DNA of 64,000 nt from Zetaproteobacteria bacterium (GTDB lineage Bacteria; Pseudomonadota; Zetaproteobacteria; Mariprofundales; J009). Made by a program: the position numbers and the translations under genes. Below, piece after piece: positions 43,756 through 53,397 of this stretch. Under the pieces are notes generated by a model. It worked only from the letters and a program-made list of their open reading frames with translations. It was not told where the DNA came from and searched no databases. The first letter of the stretch is position 1; every line of letters starts with the position of its first letter. Where the stretch lies: contig RFFX01000005.1 in the NCBI GenBank assembly GCA_003696765.1, positions 24,169 to 88,168 of the forward strand, read 5' to 3'.

Positions 43756-44517
43756 ATGAACCCGAAAACCCGACTGCTGGCGCTGACCGCGGCGCTGGCC
43801 ATCGCCGGCTGTAACCAGCCGACCGAATCGACCGCCCGCGACAGCGACGGTCACCACAAACCGGCAACCACCGGCACCGCTGCTGCAGCCGCGCCGGTCA
43901 AGCTGGAGGGTGAGGCGAGCAGGTTCAGCTACGCCGTCGGCCTCAACTTCGGCCGCTCGCTGGAGCACTTCCCGGTGCCGCTGGACAAGGCGGCGCTGCT
44001 CGCCGCCATCGAGACGGCGATCGAGCACAAAAAGCCGCTGCTCTCGCCGCAGGAGGCACGGGAGACCATCCGCGCGGTCGTGAACAAGGCTCAGCAGCGG
44101 GCGCAGGCGCAGCGCAGCGCGCTGGCGGAGAAGAACCGGAAGGCGGGGGAGGCGTTCCTCGCCGCCAACCGCAAGAAGGAGGGGGTGCACACCACCCCCA
44201 GCGGCCTGCAATACCAGATCCTGCGCGAAGGCGACGGCCCATCGCCCAAGGCGACCGACACGGTCCGGGTCCACTACAAGGGGACGCTGCTCGACGGCAC
44301 GGTGTTCGACTCCTCCTACGCACGAGGCAAGCCCGCCACCTTCCCGCTCAACGGGGTGATCAAGGGATGGACCGAGGGGCTGCAACTGGCCAAGGTGGGC
44401 GGCAGGATCCGCCTCTTCATCCCGCCGGAGCTGGCCTACGGCGCTCATGGCGCCGGCGACAGGATCGGCCCCAACCAGACGCTGATCTTCGATGTCGAGC
44501 TGCTCGGGATTGAGTAG
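43756..44517 (+). CDS. FKBP-type peptidyl-prolyl cis-trans isomerase, Mip/FkpA-like lipoprotein
   Basis: 253 aa. The signal and lipobox is LTAALAIAGC. It has an N-terminal dimerisation helix region and a C-terminal FKBP domain (GLQYQILREGDG, VHYKGTLLDGTVFDSS, GWTEGLQL, LIFDVELL). Confidence 0.9.
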   Translation: MNPKTRLLALTAALAIAGCNQPTESTARDSDGHHKPATTGTAAAAAPVKLEGEASRFSYAVGLNFGRSLEHFPVPLDKAALLAAIETAIEHKKPLLSPQEARETIRAVVNKAQQRAQAQRSALAEKNRKAGEAFLAANRKKEGVHTTPSGLQYQILREGDGPSPKATDTVRVHYKGTLLDGTVFDSSYARGKPATFPLNGVIKGWTEGLQLAKVGGRIRLFIPPELAYGAHGAGDRIGPNQTLIFDVELLGIE

Positions 44518-44675
44518 TGATCTCCTCGCAAAAAGTCCGTCCGTGGACTTTTTGCTTGACGGGGATCGAAGAGCGCGGTCTTCGATCCCCTTACAAATCC
44601 GTCGGTTGCATACGCAACCTCCGGATTTGCGCTGCCGTCCATGGCCGCGATGATGGTTTCTTGCGAAACCATCAG
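44518..44675 (+). repeat. Five-hairpin repeat, single unit (A-B-C-D-E), starting 1 nt after the FKBP stop
   Basis: The sequence is tgatctcctc-gcaaaaagtccGTCCGTggactttttgc, ggggatcgaaga..tcttcgatcccc, caaatcc..ggttgc-atac-gcaacc..ggatttg, ctgccGTCCATggccg, gatgatggtttc-ttgc-gaaaccatca. Confidence 0.9.
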
Positions 44676-45360
44676 TAGTGACGGATCGGGAGGGCGCCGT
44701 CAGCCCAGGCCGGCGGCGGCGATCTTCGATCTCGACGGCACGCTGGTCGACGCCCTGCCCGACATCCGGGCCAACATCAACCGGGCGCTGGCCGCCCTCG
44801 GCTACGACCGACGGCTGGACATGGAGGAGACCCGGCCGCTGGTCGGCGGCGGCGCGCGCAATCTGGCCGCCTCGATCCTCGGCAAGGGGATCGACGCGCC
44901 GGAGACCGAAGCGCTCTACCAGCGCTTCTGCGCCATCTACGCCCACCATCCGGCGGAACTGAGCCGCCCGTTCGACGGGGTGATCGAGACGCTGACGGCG
45001 CTGAAGGAGCGCGGCGTGCGGCTGGCCTGCGTCACCGCCAAGCCGGCCGTCGCCCGGGTGGCGGTACTCGATGCGCTGGCGCTCTCCCCGCTGTTCGACG
45101 CCGCCCTCTCGCCGGAGGAGGGCTTCCCCACCAAACCGGCCCCCGACATGCTGCTCGCCAGCTGCCGGATCATGGGGGTGGCGCCGGAGCGGGCCATCAT
45201 GGTCGGCGATACCCGCTACGACCTCGAGGCGGGGCTGGCCGCCGGCTGCCACACCACCATCCACATCAGCCACGGCTACCAGCCGCTTCCGGACGACCTG
45301 CGCGGGCGGGTGATGGCCATCGACCACTTCCGCCAGCTGCTGCCGCTCTTTTCGGGGTGA
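44641..45360 (+). CDS. gph: HAD-superfamily phosphoglycolate phosphatase-like hydrolase
   Basis: It has the FDLDGTLVD motif I, a TAKP-type motif II and a GDTRYD motif IV. The only in-frame ATGs (44641, 44650, 44653) lie inside hairpins D and E of the repeat, so the start is uncertain. Confidence 0.7.
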   Translation: MAAMMVSCETISSDGSGGRRQPRPAAAIFDLDGTLVDALPDIRANINRALAALGYDRRLDMEETRPLVGGGARNLAASILGKGIDAPETEALYQRFCAIYAHHPAELSRPFDGVIETLTALKERGVRLACVTAKPAVARVAVLDALALSPLFDAALSPEEGFPTKPAPDMLLASCRIMGVAPERAIMVGDTRYDLEAGLAAGCHTTIHISHGYQPLPDDLRGRVMAIDHFRQLLPLFSG

Positions 45361-46001
45361 GCCGCGCGCGCGCGGAGCGGCCGAGCGGTCTCTACGCCAT
45401 CCTGCCCGCCGATCTGCCGACCGAGCGGATGGAGGCGATGGCGGCGGCGGCGCTGGCCGGCGGGGTGCGCTGGCTGCAGCTGCGCGACAAGAAGCAGGGC
45501 TTCAGGCGGGCCTGCAGGCGGGCGAAGCGGCTTGCCGCCCTCTGTGCCGATCACGACGCGCGGCTGATCGTCAACGACTCCATCGCCGTCGCCGCCGAAG
45601 CCGGTGCCTGCGGTGTCCACCTCGGTCGGGACGAGCTGCCCGGCTGGCAGGAGATCGACCGGGCGCACGAGCAGGGGCTGATCGTCGGCGTCACCTGCCG
45701 CGGCAATGCCCAGTGGGCGCAGGCGGCAGCAGCCGGTGGCGCCGACTACCTCTCCTTCGGTGCCATCTTCCCCACCCACAGCAAGCCGGAGGTGCCGACC
45801 ATCGGCATCGCCCGACTGGCCAAGGCACGCCGGCTCTTTCCCGATGCGGTCATCGTGGCCATCGGCGGCATCGACGCCGACAACATCGTGCAGATCAAGC
45901 AGGCCGGCGCCGATGCCGCCGCACTCATCTCCGGCATCTTCGCCGCCGGGTCGATCACCGAACGGGCCCGGCTGCTCGACACCCTGTGGCGCGCTGCCTG
46001 A
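45357..46001 (+). CDS. thiE: Thiamine-phosphate synthase
   Basis: 214 aa with a GTGA overlap with gph. It contains LYAILPA, LQLRDKK, GVHLGRDE and IGGI. Confidence 0.88.
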   Translation: MSRARAERPSGLYAILPADLPTERMEAMAAAALAGGVRWLQLRDKKQGFRRACRRAKRLAALCADHDARLIVNDSIAVAAEAGACGVHLGRDELPGWQEIDRAHEQGLIVGVTCRGNAQWAQAAAAGGADYLSFGAIFPTHSKPEVPTIGIARLAKARRLFPDAVIVAIGGIDADNIVQIKQAGADAAALISGIFAAGSITERARLLDTLWRAA

Positions 46002-46729
46002 CCATCGGCGGCAGCGACAGCTCGGGCGGCGCCGGCATCGAGGCCGACCTGGCCATCTTCCGCGACGCCGGCGTGGCCGGCTGCACCACCATCACCGCAC
46101 TGACCGCCCAGCACGCCGGTGCCATCCTCCGCATCTCGCCCACCACCCCCGAGCAGATCACGGCCAGCCTGCAGGCGACAGCCGAAGCAGGCCCGGTGGC
46201 GGCGATCAAGACCGGCATGCTGGCCGGAGCAGCCCAGCTGCACGCGCTCTGCGACGGGCTGGCCCGCTGGTTCGCCGACGCCCCGCTGATCGTCGATCCG
46301 GTGCTGGTGGCCAGCTCCGGCCGACGGCTGCTTGATGGCGAGGCGCTGCCGCTGCTCCGCGCCCGGCTCCTGCCGCGTGCCACCGTGATCACCCCCAACC
46401 TGGAGGAGGCCGCCGTGCTCGACGGGGAGCCGGTCACCGATCCGGCGGCCTGCGCGCGGCGGCTGGCCGACCGTTTCGGCTGCACGGTGCTGCTCAAGGG
46501 GGGGCACGGCGACAAGGAGGAGCAAGTGGTCGACCGGCTGGCCCGCCCCGGCGCTCCGGTGCAGGCCTTTGCCTTCCCTCGCCGCCGGCTTACTCCGGTC
46601 GCCGCCCACGGCACCGGCTGCCGCTACGCCGCCGCCGTCACCGCCGCCATCGCCCGGGGCATCGCGCCGGCCGAGGCGGCCCCCATCGCCCACCGCGCCG
46701 CCGTCGACGGCATCTGGCGGCGCGACTAG
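45986..46729 (+). CDS. thiD: Hydroxymethylpyrimidine/phosphomethylpyrimidine kinase
   Basis: GTG 45986 gives VARCLTIGGSDSSGGAGIEADL, the ThiD signature. DPVLVASSG, ITPNLEEA and GTGCRYAAAV are also present. It overlaps thiE by 16 nt. Confidence 0.88.
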   Translation: MARCLTIGGSDSSGGAGIEADLAIFRDAGVAGCTTITALTAQHAGAILRISPTTPEQITASLQATAEAGPVAAIKTGMLAGAAQLHALCDGLARWFADAPLIVDPVLVASSGRRLLDGEALPLLRARLLPRATVITPNLEEAAVLDGEPVTDPAACARRLADRFGCTVLLKGGHGDKEEQVVDRLARPGAPVQAFAFPRRRLTPVAAHGTGCRYAAAVTAAIARGIAPAEAAPIAHRAAVDGIWRRD

Positions 46730-46739
46730 CCTGCGCGCA

Positions 46740-47921
<1,182 letters not shown>

Positions 47922-47929
47922 CAGCACCC

Positions 47930-48835
47930 ATGAACCACTTTCTGCAACTGAGCGACATCGACCGGGATCAGGGTCAGTGGCTGCTGGTGCGTGCCGCAGA
48001 ACTCAAACGGCTGCAGCGGCGGAACGAGCCCCACCGCACCCTCGAAGGCAAGGTGCTGGGCATGATCTTCGACAAGGCGAGCACCCGCACCCGGGTGGCG
48101 TTCGAGACCGGCATGTTCCAGCTCGGCGGCCACGCCATCTTCCTCCACGCCAGCACCAGCCAGCTCGGCCGGGGCGAGCCGGTGGAGGACAGCGCCCGCG
48201 TCCTCTCCTCGATGGTCGATGCCATCTGCATCCGCACCTTCGCCCACGAGACGCTGCGTCGCTTCGCCGACTACTCCTCGGTGCCGGTGATCAACGCACT
48301 GACCGACTACATCCACCCCTGCCAGATCCTCGCCGATGTGATGACCTTCGAGCAGCACCGGGGCAACATCAGCGGCAGGAGGGTGGCCTGGATCGGCGAC
48401 GGCAACAACATGGCCCACGCCTGGATCGACGGCGCGCCGATCTTCGGCTACCGGCTGCGACTGGCCTGCCCGCCGGGCTACCTGCCCGATGCGGCGCTGA
48501 TCGATCGCGCCTGCGCCCGCGGGGCGGAGGTGGAGCTGGTCGAACACCCCGCCGAGGCGGCCGAGGGGGCCGATCTGGTCACCACCGATGTCTGGGCCTC
48601 GATGGGGCAGGAGGAGGAGCGGCAACAGCGGGCGGCAGCCTTCGCCGGCTACCGGGTCGACGGCCCGCTGATGGCCCGGGCCAGGCCGACGGCACTGTTC
48701 ATGCACTGCCTGCCGGCCCACCGCGGCGAGGAGGTGGCCGCCGAGGTGATCGACGGGCCGCAGTCGGTGGTGTGGGACGAGGCGGAGAACCGCCTGCACA
48801 GCCAGAAGGCGCTGCTCGAGATGTTGCTGCTGTAA
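47930..48835 (+). CDS. argF: Ornithine carbamoyltransferase
   Basis: 301 aa. It contains FDKASTRTR, SQLGRGE, HPCQILAD and the HCLPAHRGEEV signature. Confidence 0.93.
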   Translation: MNHFLQLSDIDRDQGQWLLVRAAELKRLQRRNEPHRTLEGKVLGMIFDKASTRTRVAFETGMFQLGGHAIFLHASTSQLGRGEPVEDSARVLSSMVDAICIRTFAHETLRRFADYSSVPVINALTDYIHPCQILADVMTFEQHRGNISGRRVAWIGDGNNMAHAWIDGAPIFGYRLRLACPPGYLPDAALIDRACARGAEVELVEHPAEAAEGADLVTTDVWASMGQEEERQQRAAAFAGYRVDGPLMARARPTALFMHCLPAHRGEEVAAEVIDGPQSVVWDEAENRLHSQKALLEMLLL

Positions 48836-48877
48836 GTCGAGGGCGCCGCGCGCCCCCGCCCCCGCCGGAGGCCCCCC

Positions 48878-49150
48878 TCAGCGCAGCGGCGTCACCCGCA
48901 GCCGCCCCTCGCCGTCGACCGTGATGCGGAAGCGCCGGCCGTTGCTGCAGGTCGCCTCAACCTCCCTGCCGCCGTCGGACCGGCTGCGGCGGGTCAGGTC
49001 ATGGACCACCCGGCCGGGGCAGTCGTAGCCGCGCAGCTTGATGGTGGTGGCGACATCCTCCTCCTCACGCACCGCCTGCGCGGCGACCGGCGCCAGGATG
49101 GGCACGGCGCCGAGCAGCAACCAGACCATCCTCCATCGTCTCATCCACAT
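48878..49150 (-). CDS. Hypothetical small secreted protein (90 aa)
   Basis: The internal start ATG 49150 gives MWMRRWRMVWLLLGAVPILAPVAAQA, a signal peptide, followed by a 2-Cys mature domain. I recognise no family. Confidence 0.5.
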   Translation of the reverse strand: MWMRRWRMVWLLLGAVPILAPVAAQAVREEEDVATTIKLRGYDCPGRVVHDLTRRSRSDGGREVEATCSNGRRFRITVDGEGRLRVTPLR

Positions 49151-49252
49151 GATCACACCGCAACCACTCCCTCCATGGACTGTTTGCTCAACGGCGATCG
49201 CAAGGCTACGCCCTCGATCCCCGAACACCGCGCAGCCCTCCGTGGCCGCGGA
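49149..49252 (+). repeat. Decayed, deleted copy of the repeat (A, B, D; C missing)
   Basis: tgatcacaccgcaaccactccctccatggactgtttgctcaac, ggcgatcgcaagg..ccctcgatcccc and cgcagccctccgtggccgcg align module by module with 44518-44675. Confidence 0.55.
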
Positions 49253-49272
49253 TCCCCCGGCCGGCCGGGGCG

Positions 49273-49749
49273 TCAGCCCCCAGACCGGGCATCGGCGACC
49301 AGGCTGTGCCAGATCGCCTCGCGGGCCCGGTAGATGTCGCGCGCCAGCGCCGGATCCTCGTCGAGCAGGGCGAGGATCTTGAGCACCAGCCCGTCGAACT
49401 CCCGCCGCAGCGTATGCGCGATCCGCCCGCGTTCGCCCGCCGCCCGTGCATGCTCGATCCGCCGGCGCAGATCGAGCACGTCCGACCGGAGCGCGAGCTT
49501 GGTGAAGAAGCCGATCGCCGGCGTCGCCTTGAGCCGGGCGACCAGCCGATCGAGATCGATCGCCGACCCGTAGGGATCGGCGGGGGTCGCATAGGGTGCC
49601 CGCACCGGTGCCCTGCTGCTGTAGGGGTCGGCGGCCTCCGGCCCCGTCCGCGCCGCCGACCCCGGCGGAGGGCAGAGCGCGAGCGCGCAAAACAGGAGGG
49701 CGGCCGCCGGCACCCCCGCCGCCCTCCGACTCCGCCCCACCTCAGCCAC
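49273..49749 (-). CDS. Hypothetical secreted/periplasmic protein (about 158 aa)
   Basis: Track ORF with high G/C at third positions. The hydrophobic N-terminal segment is AAALLFCALALC. It overlaps the nhaA stop by 8 nt. I recognise no family. Confidence 0.5.
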   Translation of the reverse strand: MAEVGRSRRAAGVPAAALLFCALALCPPPGSAARTGPEAADPYSSRAPVRAPYATPADPYGSAIDLDRLVARLKATPAIGFFTKLALRSDVLDLRRRIEHARAAGERGRIAHTLRREFDGLVLKILALLDEDPALARDIYRAREAIWHSLVADARSGG

Positions 49750-50911
49750 CCTGCCCCCTCCGGCCGGCGTACCAGAGCACCCCGCTTCCCGCCAGCCCCG
49801 AGAGGAGCGAGCCGACCATGATCCCCGCCCGCTCGTCGACCACCGCCTCCATCCCCTGCTCGAAGGCGAGCGATCCGATGAAGAGGCTCATGGTGAAGCC
49901 GATGCCGCAGAGCAGCGCGATGCCGTAGAGCTGCAGCCAGTCCGCCCGCTCGGGCAGCCCGGCCAGCCCCAGCCGGACGGCAAGCCAGCTTCCGCCGAAG
50001 ACACCGATCTGGTTGCCGAAGAAGAGCCCGCAGGCGATGCCGAGCGAGACCGGATGCAACAGCATCCCCGGAGCGAGCGCGGCCAGGGGGATGCCGGCGT
50101 TGGCGAAGGCGAAGAAGGGGAGCACCCCGAAGGTGACCCACGGATGGAGCCGCCGCTCCAGCCGCCGGAGCAGCCCCTCCCGCCCATTCCCCCGCAGCGG
50201 GATGAAGAGGGCGACGACCACTCCGGCCAGGGTGGCGTGGACCCCCGATTTGAGCACCGACACCCAGAGGATCAGGCCGATCGCGAGATAGGGGCCGACC
50301 GTAGCCCGCCCGTGCCGGTTGAGCCACCACAACCCGCCCACCGCCGCGGCGCAGACGGCCAGCGCGCCGACCGAGAGGGCGCCGGAGTAGAAGAGGGCGA
50401 TGATGACGATCGCCCCCAGATCGTCGACGATGGCCAGCGCCATCAGGAAGAGCTTCAGCGACCGCGGCACACGCCGACCGAGCAGCGCCAGCACCCCCAG
50501 CGCGAAGGCGATGTCGGTGGCCGAGGGTATCGCCCAGCCGCGCAACGCCGAGGGATCGGCGTGGTTGACCGCGGCATAGATCGCCGCAGGCATCGCCATG
50601 CCGCCGACGGCGGCGACCACCGGCAGCATCAGCCGCGACGGCCGTGAGAGGGAGCCTTCTACCACCTCGCGCTTGAGCTCCAGCCCGATGAGGAAGAAGA
50701 AGAGGGCCATCAGCCCGTCGTTGACCCACAACAGGAGCGGCTTGGCGATCTCCAGCGCGCCGACGCGCAGCGCCACCGGGGTGTCGAGCAGGGCGTCGTA
50801 GAGGAAGGCGACCGGCGAGTTCTTCATCGCCACGGCGGCCAGCGCGGCGAGGAAGAGGAGGATGCCGCCGGAGGACTCCAACGCGAGAAACCGCCGCAAC
50901 CCGCCCGTCAC
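49742..50911 (-). CDS. nhaA: Na+/H+ antiporter NhaA
   Basis: It matches the NhaA fold signature (FLALESSGGILLFLAALAAVAMKNSP, WVNDGLMALFFFLIGLELKRE, ATDIAFALGVLALLG, DDLGAIVIIALFY). The start is assigned to GTG 50911, which overlaps the ptsI TGA (GTGA). Confidence 0.88.
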   Translation of the reverse strand: MTGGLRRFLALESSGGILLFLAALAAVAMKNSPVAFLYDALLDTPVALRVGALEIAKPLLLWVNDGLMALFFFLIGLELKREVVEGSLSRPSRLMLPVVAAVGGMAMPAAIYAAVNHADPSALRGWAIPSATDIAFALGVLALLGRRVPRSLKLFLMALAIVDDLGAIVIIALFYSGALSVGALAVCAAAVGGLWWLNRHGRATVGPYLAIGLILWVSVLKSGVHATLAGVVVALFIPLRGNGREGLLRRLERRLHPWVTFGVLPFFAFANAGIPLAALAPGMLLHPVSLGIACGLFFGNQIGVFGGSWLAVRLGLAGLPERADWLQLYGIALLCGIGFTMSLFIGSLAFEQGMEAVVDERAGIMVGSLLSGLAGSGVLWYAGRRGQGG

Positions 50912-52656
50912 CGCCGCCCCCCCTCCCGCCGAGCGCCGTCGTCCGCCGCCGACCCGCCGAGATCGAGCTGACAGATGTGGCGGCGCAGCGCCAGGATCCG
51001 CCCGGCGCTCATCGACAGCTCGTCGATCCCCATCCGCAGCAAGGTAGCGCTCCACTCCGGCACCGCGGCCAGCTCACCACAGATGGAAATCGGAATCCCC
51101 GCCCCGACCGCCGCCTCGGCGGCCATGGCGATCAACCGCCGCACCGCCGGATGGTCGGCGATGGGAAGACCGTCGGCGAAGACCTCCTCGTCGCTGCGGT
51201 CGACGGCCAGCGTGTACTGGATCAGGTCGTTGGAACCGATGGAGAAGAAATCGGAGACCACGGCCAGCTCGCGCGCGATCAGCACCGCGGCCGGCACCTC
51301 GATCATCGCGCCGACCGGCAGTTCGGGATGGAGCCCCAACGCCGCCATCTCCTCCACCAGCGCGGCGCGCAACGCCTCCATCTGCGCGACGTGGGTCACC
51401 ATCGGGACCAGCAGCCGCACCCGCCGCCCGGCGGCGGCGCAGCGGATGATCGCCCGCAGTTGCGGACGCAGCAGCTGCGGGGCGCGCAACAGCAGCCGGA
51501 TGCCGCGCAGTCCCAGCGCCGGATTCTCGCCATGGCGGCGGTATCCATCCTCCCGCCGGAAGGCGGGCAGCTTGTCGGCGCCGAGATCGAGCAGCCGGAT
51601 GGTCACCGGCTTCTCCCCGATGGCGTCGAGGAAGCGGCGGTAGAAGGCGTACTGCTCCTCCTCGTCCGGGGCGGTGCGGGCGGTGAGGAAGGCGAACTCG
51701 GTACGCAACAGACCGATCCCATCGCACCCCACCCGCAAGGCCGCCTCCATCTCCTGCGGGAACTCCACGTTGCACATCAGCCGCACCCGCCGGCCGTCGC
51801 AGGTGACCGTCTCCTGGCCGGCATAGGTGGCCAGCCGCGCCACCGCCCGGCCCATCGCGCTGCGAAAGCGGCGGTAATGGATCAGGTCGTGGGCGTCGGG
51901 GTGGAGGATCCAGCAGCCGCGCTCACCGTCGAGGATCACCCCGTCGCCGTCGCAAGCCTCACCGAAGGCGTCGCGATCGATGCCGACCAGTGCAGGCAGC
52001 CCGATGCCGCGGGTCATGACGATGACGTGGCTGTTGGCCCCGCCGGAGAGGGAGATGATCCCGGCCACCCCGCGCCGCCACCAGGTGACGACGTCGGGCA
52101 GCGGCAGCTCCTCGGCGACGAGCACCGTCGCCGCGCCCTCCTGCTCCTGCGGCTGCTCCCCGCCGTCCCCCTCCCCGGTGAGATGGGCGATGATCCTGCC
52201 GCCGGCATGGTCGAGCTGGGTGCGCACCTCCTGCAGGGAGGGCTCCCCGCGCCCGGTGTCGAAGACAGGCACCATCCGCTCGATCGCGCAATGGATCCCC
52301 CAATGGGCGTTGCGCCGCTCTCCGACAATCTGGCGGGTGACCGCCTCGATGAACGCCCGATCCTCGAGCAGCAGCAGGTGGGCCCTGAGCAGCAGCGCCG
52401 GATTGCCGTCGGCCACCTGCTCCAGCGCCTGTAGCTCCTGCTCCACCTGGGAGACCGCCGCCCGGCGCGCCGCCTCGAAACGGGCCAGCTCCCGATCGAC
52501 CGCGGCGGGATCGACCCGGTAGCGCGGTGCCCGCCGCTGCAGGGGGCCGATGCGCCGCACCCGCCCGATCACCACCCCGCTGCTGGCGGCGACCGCCCGC
52601 CCCTCCCGCCGCCGCGGCGCGGGATCGCTCACGCGCCCCCCTCCCCGCCGCCACAC
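50908..52656 (-). CDS. ptsI: Phosphoenolpyruvate-protein phosphotransferase (PTS Enzyme I, no GAF domain)
   Basis: About 575-582 aa. The phospho-His region is GGANSHVIVMTRGIGLPALVG, followed by a C-terminal PEP-utilising TIM barrel (IGSNDLIQYTLAVDR). The start is GTG 52656 or GTG 52632. Confidence 0.9.
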   Translation of the reverse strand: MWRRGGGRVSDPAPRRREGRAVAASSGVVIGRVRRIGPLQRRAPRYRVDPAAVDRELARFEAARRAAVSQVEQELQALEQVADGNPALLLRAHLLLLEDRAFIEAVTRQIVGERRNAHWGIHCAIERMVPVFDTGRGEPSLQEVRTQLDHAGGRIIAHLTGEGDGGEQPQEQEGAATVLVAEELPLPDVVTWWRRGVAGIISLSGGANSHVIVMTRGIGLPALVGIDRDAFGEACDGDGVILDGERGCWILHPDAHDLIHYRRFRSAMGRAVARLATYAGQETVTCDGRRVRLMCNVEFPQEMEAALRVGCDGIGLLRTEFAFLTARTAPDEEEQYAFYRRFLDAIGEKPVTIRLLDLGADKLPAFRREDGYRRHGENPALGLRGIRLLLRAPQLLRPQLRAIIRCAAAGRRVRLLVPMVTHVAQMEALRAALVEEMAALGLHPELPVGAMIEVPAAVLIARELAVVSDFFSIGSNDLIQYTLAVDRSDEEVFADGLPIADHPAVRRLIAMAAEAAVGAGIPISICGELAAVPEWSATLLRMGIDELSMSAGRILALRRHICQLDLGGSAADDGARREGGRR

Positions 52657-52690
52657 CCCGCCGCGCGGGCCCCGGAGGAGCAGGCTGCGT

Positions 52691-52978
52691 TCACGCCTCC
52701 TCCCCGAAGCGGTCGGCGATCAGCCCGGCCAGGGCCGTCACCGCCGCCTCGGCATCGTCGCCCCGCGCGGTGAGGGTCAACCGCTCCCCCTTGGCCGCAG
52801 CCAGCATCATCACCCCGAGGATGCTCTTGCCGTTGACGCAGACCCCCCCCTTGGTGATGGAGATCTCGCTGCGGAAGCGGTTGCTCAGGGCCACCAGCTT
52901 CGCCGACGCACGGGCATGCAACCCCAGCCTGTTGCCGATGGTCACCTCCACCCGATGCTCTCCGCCGGCTGAGCCCAC
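52691..52978 (-). CDS. ptsH: Phosphocarrier protein HPr
   Basis: 95 aa. The His15 context is NRLGLHARAS and the Ser46 context is NGKSILGVMML. Confidence 0.9.
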   Translation of the reverse strand: MGSAGGEHRVEVTIGNRLGLHARASAKLVALSNRFRSEISITKGGVCVNGKSILGVMMLAAAKGERLTLTARGDDAEAAVTALAGLIADRFGEEA

Positions 52979-52984
52979 CCGACG

Positions 52985-53395
52985 CTACCCGCCGCTCCGG
53001 GAGAGGAGCGTGGAGGCCGGACAGAGATAGCGCCGGCCGCCGGCCACCCCCTTTCGCGCCACCCGCTCCGGCCCGCCGCGCCCGCCGCGTTCGCTGGCCA
53101 TGGCGATCAACGCCGGCAGGGAGATGCCGGAGACCACCTCCACCCGCCCCGGATCGAGCAGGCCGAGGGCGATGTTGCACGGCGTGCCGCCGAACATGTC
53201 GGCGCAGACGATCACCCCGTCGCCGCCGTCACAGCGATCCACGGCGGCGGTGAGCGCCCGGCCCACCTCCTCCGGATCGTCGTCGGGTGCCACGTTGATG
53301 TACTCCATCGCGGATTGCGGCCCCAGCACATGTTCGACGGCGCAAAAGAGCGCCTCGGGCAACCGCCCGTGGCCGACGATGACGATGCCGACCAC
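52985..53395 (-). CDS. PTS EIIA component, mannose/fructose family
   Basis: 136 aa. The N-terminal MVGIVIVGHGRLPEAL contains the active-site His, and DMFGGTPCN is present. No EIIB, EIIC or EIID gene is nearby. Confidence 0.85.
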   Translation of the reverse strand: MVGIVIVGHGRLPEALFCAVEHVLGPQSAMEYINVAPDDDPEEVGRALTAAVDRCDGGDGVIVCADMFGGTPCNIALGLLDPGRVEVVSGISLPALIAMASERGGRGGPERVARKGVAGGRRYLCPASTLLSRSGG

Positions 53396-53397
53396 CG

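Noticed and set aside
45300-45360. TPP riboswitch upstream of thiE-thiD
   Set aside because: thiE overlaps the preceding gph gene (GTGA). No non-coding leader exists that could hold a THI element.
50908-52656. Calling the Enzyme I gene ptsP (EI-Ntr)
   Set aside because: The protein is about 580 aa and starts directly with the EI N-terminal domain. The N-terminal GAF domain that defines PtsP is absent, so ptsI is the better label.
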